DNA of 64,000 nucleotides from Eledone cirrhosa. Taxonomy: Eukaryota. The notes below the pieces were generated by a model, which saw nothing but the letters and a program-made list of their open reading frames with translations, was not told the DNA's origin and did no database searches. Numbering within the stretch: the stretch's first letter is position 1; each line of letters begins with the position of its first letter. The stretch lies in the NCBI GenBank assembly GCA_964016885.1, contig OZ024740.1:339326001-339390000 (forward strand). Reading direction: 5' to 3'. Shown in pieces: positions 13,110-26,569 of this stretch. Both the position numbers and the translations under genes were made by a program.

Positions 13110-13186
13110 TTAACTAATTAACTCATTTTAATTTTTATTTTTCAGGTAAGTGGTAACCATTCTGTTTCCAGTCAGTATATGTAAGT
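13110..13186 (+). promoter_or_regulatory. Candidate recursive splice site (3'ss abutting 5'ss) with downstream donor
   Basis: aactaat branch-like motif, T-rich tract, ttcag|GTAAGT at 13141-13151, and a second gtaagt at 13181. Confidence 0.5.
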
Positions 13187-13812
13187 CAAAGAACATCTCA
13201 ATTTTCAACTTATTAGAAATTGTCATATATATTTGTGTATTAGTCGTACCGATAGATATGTTACACTTCAATTTTACACTTGAAATTTACAATATACTGT
13301 GTATATTGAATTGAAGTTTTGTAAGTTTTAAGTCTTGTATTGTTTTAACATCAGATTTTTGCGGGAAAAAGTATGATCTATATGCAAGTATATTCGATAA
13401 TTTACTTTATGTATTCTCTTTTTTATTTGCACCGAGCAATACTGATTACTTTGATAAACTTTCACTGTACTAACTAGTATTCTTCTCTCTAGGTAGTCAT
13501 AACTGTTCAGCAGTTATAGTCATACAGGAGCAATTTAACAAAATACTTCATAATATACAAAGTGAATTGGGTTTAGCATCGGTTGTGATCTACTTTAAAT
13601 ATTTTGGAAAGTGATTTTCTAATTCTATTGAATATTTTCACATACCCTTGTCTTATTTCTGATTCCTTTCAGTAAATATTCAACCAAATTTGAATGGCAT
13701 TGTTGCACAAAAAGAATGTCAATTTCACAATCCTTCACACTTTATTATCCTAAATGTCTTTTGTACATATATAATTTCTCATTTGTTTATGCAAGTGCTT
13801 AAAACATAGATT

Positions 13813-13884
13813 TTCTTCTTCTTCTTCTTCTTCTTCTTCTTCTTCTTCTTCTTCTTCTTCTTCTTCTGCTTCTTCTTCTTCTTC
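13813..13884. repeat. (TTC)n microsatellite (likely LINE tail)
   Basis: Direct reading; abuts the RTE fragment 3' end. Confidence 0.95.
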
Positions 13885-14070
13885 TTTGGGTCGTGAGGAA
13901 GGGTCTTCAAACACTCCTTCTGGCTGTATCCCCAAGTGTGACAAGCCAAGCTCATGGATGCTATCCAACCATCTCGCTTGGGGTCTACCACTGGATCCCC
14001 TGCCAGTTGGTTTTGCCCGTAAAATCTGTCCAGCAATTCTTTCCTGAGACATTCTAATCATGTGTCCATA
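13885..14070 (-). mobile_element. RTE-clade LINE C-terminal fragment; related copy at ~23385-23512
   Basis: GHMIRMSQERIAGQILRAKPTG...GRPQARWLDSI. Confidence 0.8.
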
Positions 14071-14924
14071 ATGAATAAAAACACATTCTCAGTGGTATAG
14101 ATTATAATACTTCCTAATTACCTTTTAGCTCATAATAACTGAAATGTTGATATCAAGAAGTCACTTTAGTAGTAAATATATGTCTTCTTCCACTCATAGA
14201 AATCTCTAAAATAGTAAAACAATCCTAACATTTTAAAAATTTATATTTTTGTGCACCAATATTATTGCAATAGTGACAACTGCAAATAAACTCACTGTCC
14301 CAGCACACTTTAGCATTGCTTACCCTATGAAAATTATTATATATTCAATTATTTAACCATTTTTTTTTTTTTTTTCTTTTACAATTTCATAAACTACGGG
14401 ACTCATTATCATAATACCTGAATTAACATTCAGGAATAATACAACAAATTAATAATGATATAATTCTGACAAATTTTATTTAAAAAGAGATGCTTTTTAA
14501 ATAAATATTGACAAATATCTTCAGAAATGTTCTGCTTTGCAGTCACAAATATGTATATTTTTATTCTTTCATGGCATAGTCAGAGGAGAGATGGCAATAC
14601 CCATGATATTTGCAGGGCCTCTAAGAATGGTGGATGGAAAGCAAGGCCTGCTCTGAATGCTTGCAACAGACTGGATTCTTTTAAGTTCACCCAAGGGCCA
14701 GGTGGTGTTAATTCATGTTACCAATTAAATCTACCACCCCAAAATATGTATAGTTACTCTGATGGGCTATAGCTTCCATCAACCTGGTTTCAGGATTGGG
14801 TTACATAATTCTAAAAGATACATTTTAAGAATGCAATGCAATGGTATTGAACTGGGTACTAAATGATTATGAAGCAAACCTTTTATCATGAACTCCTTGC
14901 TCCCCTGGGCATGGATACATTAAA

Positions 14925-15325
14925 GCTTCAATGTCTGGCAACTGTCTTAGTAGACATTTTTTTAAATTCCATATGTCTAACACCTGTGGACATGCCTACA
15001 AAGTCAAGAAAACAGCACAGCTCCCATGACTTTCGGAAACATTTTTTCACACTCGGTTTGTTCCATGCTTCAGCAACTCTATCTGCATCAGTTGTTAGCT
15101 GTCAGGACACTGCATCCTTTAAAACCTCCATGCTTCCTGAAATTCACCGACACTACCCCTGATAGTTCCCCTATATACACATGCACACATGCATCTGTGT
15201 ATATAATGACTCATACACTGTTCACTTTTCTGAGATTTGTCCATTAGTGTATGTACTATACCAGCACCTTTAATGAGTTGTAGTGCACCTGAACACTGTA
15301 CACAATAATTTTCATTATTATTATT
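14925..15325 (+). mobile_element. CR1-clade LINE 3' end with (ATT)n tail
   Basis: HDFRKHFFTL...L.ASVV......SFK C-terminal motif, followed by a UTR and attattattatt. Confidence 0.7.
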
Positions 15326-15967
15326 GGCAGTATCAGTAGAAGATCGGATGCCATGCTTTGCAGCATAGAGTTACGCCCCTTTATAGTCTGAGTTCAAATC
15401 CCGCCGAGGTTAACTTTGCCTTTCATCCTTACAGGGTCGATAAAATAAAGTACCAGTAATGTACTGAGATAATTGCTGGTCTTGTGCCAAAAGTAAAAAC
15501 AATTAGTTTCGACAGTATCAGTAGAGCATTGGACACCATGCTCATGTCAGTGAGTTATGGCCCTTTATGTTCTGAGTTCAATTCCCACCGAGGTTAGCTT
15601 TGCCTTTCATCTTTATGGGGGTCGATAAAATAAAGCACCAGTAAAGTACTGGGGTCGATTTAATCATAGACTTTCCCCTCCACCCAAATTACTGGCCTTG
15701 TGCCTATACTAGAAATTATTATTATTATTATTATTATTATTAAAGGGCAGTGGATTGGCAGTATCGGTAGAGAGTTGGACGCCATGCTTTGACGCATAGA
15801 GTTACGGCCCTTTCCATTCTGAGTTCAAATCCCGCCGAGGTTAACTTTGCCTTTCATCCTTACGGGGTTGATAAAATAAAGTACCAGTACTGGGTAATTG
15901 CTGGCTTTGTGCCAAAAGTACTGGGTAATTGCTGGCCTTGTGCCTAAAGTAGAAACAATTATTATTA
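15325..15967 (+). mobile_element. Three head-to-tail SINE family A copies (~15325-15505, 15511-15718, 15744-15967)
   Basis: Each has an A-box-like (tg)gcagtatc(a/g)gtag, a B box gagttcaa(a/t)tccc, and the ttgcctttcatc..gataaaataaagtacc core. Confidence 0.92.
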
Positions 15968-18655
15968 TCACAACACCCATATATTTATATACTTGTATAT
16001 ATTTATAGTCATATTATGTTATTTACTTTAATCGTATGGGTTGCTACTAATTCAGTTTTTTTAGGAAAAGAATTTATTTATTTTTATGTTATTAATTAAA
16101 TTTCCTTTCCTTCTGACTCTAAAGAAATTCTTGCTGACATCAGACCAGTTGACTCATAAACCTGTGGATTTTAAGCATTGAGGATCATTCATATTTTAAA
16201 TACTCTCAATATATAAATTATAGAAAGTTGTTAAAATAGAAAATGACAAGTAAAACTCCAAACTGTCTGTAGCTATTTGCTAAGTACTATTAATACAGTT
16301 TCAAATTACTTTTCTGGGGTCTTATTTTAAATTTCTGTTTCTAATATTTTTCTTTAAATTTTAATTTGATTTTTAAAGGTTTTCTAAATTTTTGTTTTCC
16401 TCCTACCCATCCTACCTTAAAAAAAGTTTTCTAAGATTTTAGTGTAGAAACTTAATAAAGATGATACTTGTGGAATGGAGTCAGAAATCTTCAGCATGAA
16501 AGAAAAAAAATAATAGCTTGTGTAATGCAGATTTTTGCCTGACTAATCTATGTTGACTTGTTTTTATTAAGTGTGTGGAAGCAATTAATATGATTTCATT
16601 TTAGTCATGACTATTAAGTACAAACCTTCCCCATTTTAAAACTTATTCCCTCAACAGTGTTACTACCACCACCACTATTTATTTTTTTTAAATTCAATAA
16701 AAGAAAATACTTAATATTTTTTTTTTTTTTTGTAAAGAGATATTAAAAAGTGAAATTTATTCCATATTTTATTGATTTGGTGATGTTAACTCTTGGAGAA
16801 AATGCTCTCTTTCTTTGATATACCACAGCTAACAAATATAGCTTTACTTGTTCTGTTTATAATCTTATTTTGTTTCTTTAGAAGTTTGGCCATATTTCTT
16901 GGACTTGGCAAGATGCTTTACTTTTACTTTCGTAAATCTGCCAAGCTAAGCTACATTGTCGGCAACACCACTGCCATTTCATGCTTGAAGTGTTGTGAAA
17001 GCATTCAGCTGTAAACTAACATTTCCAACAATACAAGAAATGGAGAAGTATTAACTGCTGAAGGCTTTGGAATCTTTAATTTCACTTCCATATAGTTTTA
17101 AAAGAATTGTGTGTTTAGTTTTCAAAGTTTCAAGAAAGGTTTCATGTTACAGAAAGAAAGATAGTTTAAATATATTACAATTGAATCTGAACGACTGTAT
17201 AATGTCTGCTACACATGTAGTAGAAGATTAATTTCAGGTGATGAATTAAAGGTCAAAGACTGTCTGCTAGTAGTAATTTACAATATAACTGGAATTCCCA
17301 ACTAGTTTTATCCCATTTACCCTGTGGTCAATTTTCGAAACTAAATTTTCCTCCACTCTGTTTTCTGCAGTAATTTTAGTTTACATGTCTACTATAATAC
17401 AGCAACAAACAATGGGGACATTTCTAAAATTCTGTTTTAACATTATTATTTTAAGTTCAAATAACAAACAATGTTTATTTTACTTACTTATGAAGAACTA
17501 ATGATGAATAGATACCAATACTAGGATAAACTAAAGTCAATATAAACAATACATCAATCATTGAGACTTCTAGAGATCTTTGAGAGAAAACCGATTAGTA
17601 TTTTAATAAACAAATTAGGCCTATTTCAAATTTTCTTCTCAACATTTTTTTTTTTTCAATTATAATTGTAGAAAATGTGTACAAATCAAAAATAAAGAAG
17701 TTATTGGTGAGTGTTATGTTAACTTTATATGCACCAACACATGGCAACAGTCGTAACAGTGAATAAAAAGAAGAATGAATTACTTTCCAAAAAATGTTTT
17801 GATTAGTTTAGCAGTTAAGTATTTTTTGTTAAAATTTCTCAGTGCGATAGAAATTTAGAACAGTTTGGGGAATTTGAAAAGCATTTACCATGGTTAGAAA
17901 ACTGTAATCCTTAGAATGGTTCAGTAACATAGTGGTGTGCCAGTGAAATGTATACCAGGTTTAGAACCCATGCAATAGATTAGCAATAGCTCAAATAAAG
18001 AGGGATTCAAGCATAGACACGTATATGAAAACTTAGCATCTATTTATTTACCTTTTTATAAAGGAAAAACTAAAAATACAACTGGCTATATTGATAGAAT
18101 CCTTCATTCACTGGTTGTAAGTTCAAATCTTAGAAATTTTATTGTATAGGATCTTTCGATGAGACAAATTATTTATTTGGGTTAGTCTACTTGGTCTGCA
18201 AATATAAACTTTCTGCCTGATTGTTTGATATTATGAAATACATATTATTTCAAATAGCTAAATTTGTAAATCTAGCCAATCCATGTTGGAATGCAAAAAA
18301 AAAAAATGAAAAAAAAAAAATTCTTAGATATTGTTACATTAAGATATTTTCCCATGCTTGCAAAGGTTTGATGGTTCTGCTAAATTTGACATTTCTGTAG
18401 TTTAGAGCAGATGTGTTATCAGGAGATGCCCTTTGGTATGCCAACTGTACAGCACCTTTAAGTCTGAATAATTTATCACTAAAATGTCAACTACTGGTCA
18501 TTGAACTATCTGCTAGATTGTAATGTCAAAGTAAAAAGGCAGGGAACAAACTATTTAAATAGAATAAATTAAGGTTATAAATTCACTGAATTTTGACACT
18601 GAAAATTTGGTGTCTTTGACATCGTATGGGCTCATGACAAGGAAGCATTATATAT

Positions 18656-18909
18656 TTAACTTGTTTGATACCAAAATGCCAGAAACCACATCTGATTCTA
18701 TAATACAAAACGTTTTAAATGTTTATATTCATCTAAAAATGTTCCATCATAATTATATGTAAGAACCTCCAAGTTGTGTTCCAAACACCAGCTTAATAAT
18801 GAGAAAGATAGTTATATTACTAAATCTCTCCAAATACTATATTATTTTTGAAAATTATTTGAAAAATCATAGACAATGTTTTTCAATAGGAATATGATAA
18901 AACAGTTAA
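18656..18909. mobile_element. TTAA MITE family 1 copy
   Basis: TTAA ends. Shares ccaaacaccagcttaataa..agaaag.tagttatattactaaatc with 39843-40094. Confidence 0.6.
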
Positions 18910-19979
18910 AGAGGAAGAGGAAGAGAATACAAAAGCTGATTATATTTGATAGTGAGTCAATAGCCATCTTATGAGTATGTGAGTGTGTGTGTGTCTATAT
19001 TTATGTACAACAGTATATTTCTAAAAGATAACATAGCCATTTGATAAATAAGATCCATAAAATAAATGCCAGACAAAGATAAATTCTAGAGTTGATATGA
19101 TCCAATAAAATGTATAAAAGTCGTTCTCTAACATAGCTTCAGTCCAACCAGTAAGAGAAATAATCACTATCTTTGTTTTTTTTAGAGAGCTTATGTTCTT
19201 TAGTTTCTTTTAGCTATCATAGTCAAGGCCATGCTGGAGCACCCAATTCAGCATATTATATTCTCTTCAAACAATATTTTTGCTCATGTATACAACCAGA
19301 TATTGGTAGCTAGAATTATTGAAAAACTATGTGGTTTGAAATTTGAAAATGTGAGAATTCCAAATGCAGAAAATAACTGCAACAACAGTTGATTGCTATG
19401 ATTAATAACATAGAAAATTAGTTAAAATATTCCTAGATATGTAAAACAGTGGCCAACAAACACTACAGAGCAGCTTCTGGCCAATATTTTTATATCTTCA
19501 GGTTTTTTTTTTACCAGATTTTCTAAGCTATTATTTAAATCGATTAAAGGATGTTACTATTATTTTCTGCATTTAAGATTCACAGATTTTTAAATAGATA
19601 TTATAATTCATATAAATTCTCAAATATATATGAGTTATGATAATATCTACGCGCTACTCTCCTTAGACAGGAAAGGAAGGGCAGTGTCAATGACCTTTTT
19701 CAGTGCCGCCAACACCGGTGAGGGAGGAAATTTAGCTAAAATCAGATGCATGGCCTGTTTACAACAGAGAGGACTCTACTAAAGGTACCTAAATATCAGC
19801 TGGGTGGTGTTTAACAAGTATGTATGATCCTGTGCGTCCTGATGAAGTCATATGGCATTTTCTAGGCCATTTTTAAGTCTGGCAGAGCCCATCGCTCTCC
19901 AGGTCTGCACATACAGATTTCTTCCAGAGAAGGATAGAACAATCCGAAAGAGGAAGTAAGATAAAGATACAGACGAAGA

Positions 19980-20115
19980 ATTGACCCCAGTACTAGACTG
20001 GTACTATTTTTATTGACCTTGAAAAGATGAAAAACAAAATTGACCTTGGCTAGATTTGAACTCAGAAAGCTGAGTCAGAACAAATACCACAAAGCATTCT
20101 ATCTGATGATATTTT
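19980..20115 (-). mobile_element. SINE family A, decayed
   Basis: gaccccagtactagactggtact..tttattgacc..gaaaagatgaaa..caaa.ttgacct..gatttgaactcag. Confidence 0.7.
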
Positions 20116-20121
20116 GGGGGA

Positions 20122-20217
<96 letters not shown>

Positions 20218-20994
20218 GTATATATTATACCATCAATACGTAGTGTGGGAAAGTATTTATGTAAGATGCAGACCCCCAGTCCATCTGAGAGATCAGTAGT
20301 TCCACTTGTATATATATATATATACATATAATATATATACATACAATAGGAATTTAGATTTATCTACAATAACATATATGCATATAAACACACATGTAAA
20401 TATACATGCATACATACACACACTTTTGTGTGTTATCTATGTTATGGCAAAAAGAATTGAACAAATAAAGATACACATATGAGTACGTATGATTTATGTA
20501 TGTTATGGTAGAAGGAATTCAATAAATAAGACACACATACACACACCTATATGCGCACCAGCTATCCAGTCATATAAAGTTCATAGTGAAACTAGTAATT
20601 TAGCTTTGTACAAGCTTTGTCTAGAAATGTAGAACTATTGCTGATAATAAGTAATAGGAGGCGAGTCTGGTATACTGCAGCATGAACTGATGTTGCCAAG
20701 AAAGACACAAGTTATAAAGTACTGTGTTTGGATATATAATAATGTAATGTTGATGTGATACAGTAAATACATTTGAGATTAGTATCTCAACAGACATGAA
20801 ATAAAATGTGTCAGATGTGTTCAAAGGATTTGGAAGGATAATTAAAAACAGGAAAACAACACAACTTGATTGATATTGGAACTAGTTCAAAAGCAGACCG
20901 TGATGAACTTTCACCAAGTATTTTCTAGTTAATCTTGCAGTAGGACTGAAATTAGTAGAGGCAAGTAAATAAATTAACAAATATAATAATAATA

Positions 20995-21345
20995 TTAGTA
21001 ATGGTGATGGTAGTGATGGTAGTGATGATGAAGATGAAGATATTGATGGTGGTGATAATAATGATGATGGCGATGATGGTGGAGGTGGTGATGATGATGA
21101 AGATGATAGCAGTGATGATGATAACGGTGGTGGTGGAGGTGGTGATAGTAATGATAATGACGATGATGGTGGAGGTGATGATGATGAGGATGATAGTAGT
21201 TATGATGATGACGGTGGTGGTGATAGTAATGATGACTGATGGTGGAGGTGATGATGAGGATGATAGTAGTGTTGATGATGGCAGTCGTGGTGGTGATAGT
21301 AATGATGATGGTGATGATAGTAATGGTGATGATGATGATGATCAA
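20995..21345. repeat. Degenerate (GAT/GGT) trinucleotide low-complexity tract
   Basis: Direct reading. Confidence 0.95.
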
Positions 21346-22012
21346 ACCAGAACAGAATTACAAATCTGTTGCAACAAAAACAAACCAACCACATAAATGG
21401 AAATACATAAAACAAAATAAAATGAAATTACAAAAAAAACACCCAACTGTACATTAGATGAAACAATCACAGATATAATAATAAATCCAAATAATAATAA
21501 CAATAATAACAAAAATAATAATAATAATAGTAATAGTAATAATAAATATAATATTTTCATTTATCGAGATAGAAATATTTTGTTGTCCAATGAAATATGC
21601 AATGTGTTTTGATTGAAAAACCATTACAAACTAGACTAATTACTCTTTTAGCAATACAATTCCATCAGCATATTAAATTGAGCTAATGTAAAATAAAACA
21701 TGTCTCATCGTTTAGAGGTTAGGAGAAATACATATGATTGTTGTTGGTATTGATGTTGTTGTTGATGGTGGTGGTGGGTTAATGATATGTATCTTTGCCT
21801 GATTTCAAATCAACCATTGTAAAATGGAGTTGAGAGAGAAATAGAGAGAAATGGGCAAGAGAACGGAGACTTCGAAAAAAATGGAAATTATGTTTTGGTT
21901 CCTCTGCTTTCTTGTGTTTTTTTGTGTTTTTTTTTTGTCTTTGGTATTTTTTTTTTTTTTAAATAAACCTCATCCATGACTTCTTTTGTTTATGCTTGAA
22001 TTGTCTGATCAG

Positions 22013-22050
22013 AAATTGAAGACCTTTGTTATGTTCAGTTGAATTACCAG
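22013..22050 (+). CDS. Candidate 38-nt internal exon (phase 1 to 0; (E)IEDLCYVQLNYQ), host gene unknown
   Basis: ~140-nt AG-free, U-rich stretch ending tgatcag. Donor CAG|gtaatc. Only one of three frames is open. Confidence 0.4.
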
Positions 22051-22076
22051 GTAATCCTGCTCTGTTTGGCACACTC

Positions 22077-22113
<37 letters not shown>

Positions 22114-22139
22114 TATATACATATTGTCTTTGCTCCACT

Positions 22140-22647
22140 TCTCTCCCTAGCTGTCTAACTTATTTGTCCTTTTGCCTCTCTCCAGCTCTCTATCATCCTT
22201 GTCTTTCTACCCCATCTCTTTCTCCCCCTCTTCCTCTCTTTCCTTCCTCTCTTTCCTTCCTCTCTTTCCTTCCTCTCTTTCCTTCCTCTCTCTATCTCTC
22301 TTATCTTTCTGCCTTATTCTACCTCTCCCTAACTCTCTCTATCCCTAGTGTTTAATCTGCCTATCTCTAGCTCTGTCTCCTTGGTTCATTTGTCTCTCCT
22401 TAACTCCTTCTCTTTCTTTCTCTCATTTGTTCTGCCTCTCACCAGCTCTCTATTGACCTTGTCCTTCTACCCATCTCTCTAGTTCTTTAACTCTTGATTT
22501 TCCTAATTCTTTCTCTCTATCTTTTATCCTACTGTCTTATTCTACCTCTCTCTAACTCTTTTTTTCTTTTTGCTTGTCACCTTCTCTAATTTATTTTTCT
22601 GTCTATCGTTACCTCTCTGTCTCCCTGATTCTTTTGTTTCACTCCAA

Positions 22648-22729
<82 letters not shown>

Positions 22730-23050
22730 CTTCTACATCTCTCTAACTTACCTCTCTATATTCATTTTTCTACTTCTTCTTTCATTCCTTTCAATATTTC
22801 CTCTTCACAATCTTTGTATTACTCTATCATCTCTAACACTCCTCTCCTCTCCTCTCTCTCCCTCCCTCATTCTCTCTCTTCGCTCTCACATTCCCTTTCT
22901 CTTCTATCTCTCCATTCCCTTTCTCTATCTTCTATCTTTTACCTATCTTTCTTCTTTCTCTCCTTTCTCATCTCTTTTACTTTCTCCTCTTTCTTTTTCT
23001 CTCTCTCATTTTACATTGCACTCCACATTTACTCTTCCCTTTTCTTTTTT
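22140..23050. repeat. Long polypyrimidine tract including (CT)n at 22651-22726
   Basis: Direct reading. Confidence 0.9.
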
Positions 23051-23702
23051 TGTATTAATCTATGGAAGAACTGCAGTGCAGTGGCCATATCTCTTTTGGA
23101 AATCAGTGTAGTTGATATTCATCTCATGCCCCCCCCCCCCCCTCTCTCTCTCATATCGTTTTTCGTTTTCTCCATTTCCCTTTCTTCCCTTTCTGATCAC
23201 CTCCCTTCAAGACTTATTCTTCCTGTCTAATATTCCTCATCTTCCTTCTCTGATTACCTCAACCATCCTTACTGTTTTCTCACAACCTCTATTTGTTCTA
23301 ACCAATCAGCATCTTTAGTTGCCCTAACCATCATTCTCTAATTACTCTAACTATTATTTCCTTTCATTCAATATTTCCTGCTAAGCAAGACCAACCAAGC
23401 ACATGGATGTTATCCAACTATCTTGCTTCAGGACTACCCATGGGCTCCTGCTGGCTGGTTTTGCCTGTAAAATTTGTCCAGCAATTCCTTCCTGAGACAT
23501 TTTAACCATATGCTTGTGTGTGGCGAAGCTGTGATTTCTCAGTTTGGAGAAGTAATGGCTCTACCTGGAGTGACTCTCTGATCTCATTGAGGATATCAAA
23601 CATTCTAAGCACCAATTACAGGCAGAGAAGAGCAATAAACCGACTGTCAGGAATTAAGCTATGCATTGATGGCTTACCAAATAGCTATTACACTATTATA
23701 TA

Positions 23703-23835
23703 GGGCGGTGGTTTGGCAGTATCGGTAGAGCATCAGATGCCATACTTTGCAGCATAGTTATGGCACTTTGCGTTCTGCATTCAAATCCGCCGAGGTTAAC
23801 TTTGCCTTTCAACCTTACGAGGTCAATAAAATAAA
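23703..23835 (+). mobile_element. SINE family A, 5' two-thirds
   Basis: gggcggtggtttggcagtatcggtagag...ttcaaatccgccgaggttaactttgcctttc. Confidence 0.85.
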
Positions 23836-24937
23836 ATTGCAAGCAGAGGCGTCTCATGCATGGTGATCACAGATGTTCAACAAAGATGTTATAAGCCACA
23901 ATTCCAATGATGGATGCCATATATATGAGAAACTTAGCACCATTTTCTATGAAATCCAAAACATATCTGTCTGAGCAGTTTCCTTGGTTGGAGTTCCTAC
24001 TGCACCTCTCAACATTACGTGGCAAAGAGTGCTGCTATAGATTGTGCTAACCCAAAATGTGTATATTTGCAGCTGGACACCACCTGTGAAAAGGTTGTGT
24101 CCAATGAAACCCCATCATGTATTATTTTATTTCTTCACAAAAATTCATTAGTCACTTAACATTAACAAGAATAGATTATTCTGCTGGCAGATATGTGGTT
24201 AGAATTCCATCAACGAGATGGTTGTGCTTTCCCAATGGAAATTGGGGTTTATGTATTTCCCACTACATTTTGTGAATAAGGGCATTGCTTGTTTCCAACT
24301 ATTCAATCACAGATTTACTGCATTTAAAATAGCAAAAGTGGCAAGAGAGTCTTGGTGTAACTCAGGTGGGACCAATACCTCAAGAGTTTTGTGCGAAAGC
24401 ACAAGTTTATCAGACTACCAGTGCTTCCATTTTAGCCAATATAAATTTGTGAAAGATGTACATTTACATGCACGCATGAATGCACGCACACACACACAGA
24501 CATGCACACACACACACACACACACACACATGATATTTGATGCTTTCAAAATCTGTAAAACATTCTTACAATGCAAAGAATGAGTAATTGCCCAAGGGAT
24601 GATGGAGATTTCCTTTTCTTTACAACCTTGCTGCTGGGAAGGTTACTGGTGAAAAGTAAACTCAAAATTAAGTGAAACACACATACATATATACATTTAG
24701 GCGCACAGACACACACAACATACATAGACAAATTCACACATACACACATATGAATATATGTATGTATGTTTGTGCATGCATGTATGTGCATATATAGATT
24801 TGACTGTGCAAATGGGAGAAACAAAACTCAATACATAGGTAGAGTGATGTATAATTTATTATAGCAGCAAAACACAAAACTGCTGGCTTTTCTTTTGAGT
24901 CACTGGTATAGCTTAACAGCTATTATCAATATATATA

Positions 24938-25158
24938 TCATCATCATCGTTTAATATCTATTTTCCATGCTAGCTTGGGTTAGATGGGTCATCTTATTAG
25001 AGGTAAGTTGGGTCAGGTGACCATGTCTTTCTTACACAGGACTGTTTCTGGCTAGGTTTCTATGGCTGGATGCCCTTCCTAATGCCACATTTACCGCGTG
25101 TGTTGGGTGCTTTTTGCCGTGACTCCTACATGACCACTTTACAGTGTGGGCTGGGTGA
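24938..25158 (-). mobile_element. RTE 3'UTR fragment with (GAT)n tail (similar remnants near 10495, 12150, 31825, 36060(+), 46250(+), 48660, 52750(+), 58610, 63225)
   Basis: catcatcgtttaa..tctattttccatgctagc.tgggttagatgg...ggctggatgcccttcctaatgcc. Confidence 0.85.
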
Positions 25159-25360
25159 GATATATATATATATGTAATCGATGGTCAAGAGAAAAGAGTA
25201 CCAAAGTCGAGTTTAAATATTAATTCTATTAAGGTTAAATAGTGAGTCTCGTTACTCCAAAGTAACAAGATTCACTATTTCTTTAGCTTTAATAAAATGT
25301 GAATATATATATATAAATGTAATCTGATTTTTTTGAATATTAATAATAATATTCGATCCG

Positions 25361-25593
25361 TTTGCAATTATGTAAACAAGCCTCATTTTAAAATCATGTC
25401 AATAGAATGAGCCCCTCATTCTTGCTCTTGTGTTGGCATGTTTCATTTGCAATTATGCAAACAAGCCTCATTTTTAAAGCCATATCAGTAGAATGAGCCA
25501 CTCATTCTTGCTCTAAACATGCCAACACAAGAGCAAGAATGAGGGGCTCATTCTACTGACATGGCTTTAAAAATGAGGCTTGTTTGCATAATT
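25361..25593. repeat. Direct-direct-inverted triplication of an ~80-bp unit
   Basis: tttgcaattatg(t/c)aaacaagcctcattt...cttgctct at 25361 and ~25447, with a reverse-complement copy at 25515-25593. Confidence 0.92.
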
Positions 25594-26536
25594 TATTGTA
25601 TTCAGACATGTAAAGTGAACATTTTTTATTATATTTTTTACGTCCGCTTTTCCCAAATATATATACACACACACACACACACACATGATGGTCTTCCATG
25701 CAGTTTCTGTGTATGAAATATCACTTGCTAATTGTGCTGTACAATGAGATCAAACTCAGAACAAGGTATTTGCAAAGGGAACTTCCTAACCACATCTCTA
25801 TATTTTACTGGCACCTATGTCTGTGTATAATGTATATAGCAGTAAACGTCATCATTTACACATTGATATTCTGAAATAGTTTTACAATAAACCAGACTCT
25901 GATATTAAAGTTATATAAATACAATACCACGCAGTTTGGAGTTAATTGCATCTTTGACATATATTCTTCAGGTTGATTTTTGTTTTTTCTCAAGATTGTT
26001 CCTTGTTTATTGCTCAACACACTCTCTTTTTTAAACCATTTTCTCAACATTCTATAACATTAAAGATCTGATACTATTTACGAAGTTGTTCTCAGTATGT
26101 CTACCAATGGCTGTTGTTGCAGTTGTTGATGCTATTGTGATTACTGCAGTTGTTATTATTGTTGTTGTTGTTGTTTTTTGTTGTTGTTGTTTTATTGTAG
26201 TCTAAATAGATACAGGAAATCCAGCTAAAGCATTAAATTAATCTTAGTGTCGTAACACCAAGACAAATTAAATTGCGTGTGAAGGAGGTAAAATGTCTCG
26301 CTCAATAAACTTTCCTTATGGAGGTGATTCTGCTATTTATTTGTAATATATCGCTGCCTCTTAACCAGTTCTAGCCTCATAATAAACTCAAGAGACTGTT
26401 GACCAAAATAATAATACTTTGGTGGTCTCCATCAATGAAGTTTATTGCTTCGACAACTTCGCTTGCACACCTAGAAATTCACTATACATCTGTCTATGAA
26501 CTCCGGATACATACATATATGTCTCTCTCTCTCCCC

Positions 26537-26569
<33 letters not shown>

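Noticed and set aside
16880-17010. Possible + strand exon after ttttgtttctttag
   Set aside because: Only weak donors (gtaaat, gtaaac) and no recognisable peptide
20995-21457. His-rich and Met/Val/Asp-rich ORFs
   Set aside because: Degenerate trinucleotide repeat that is open in several frames on both strands
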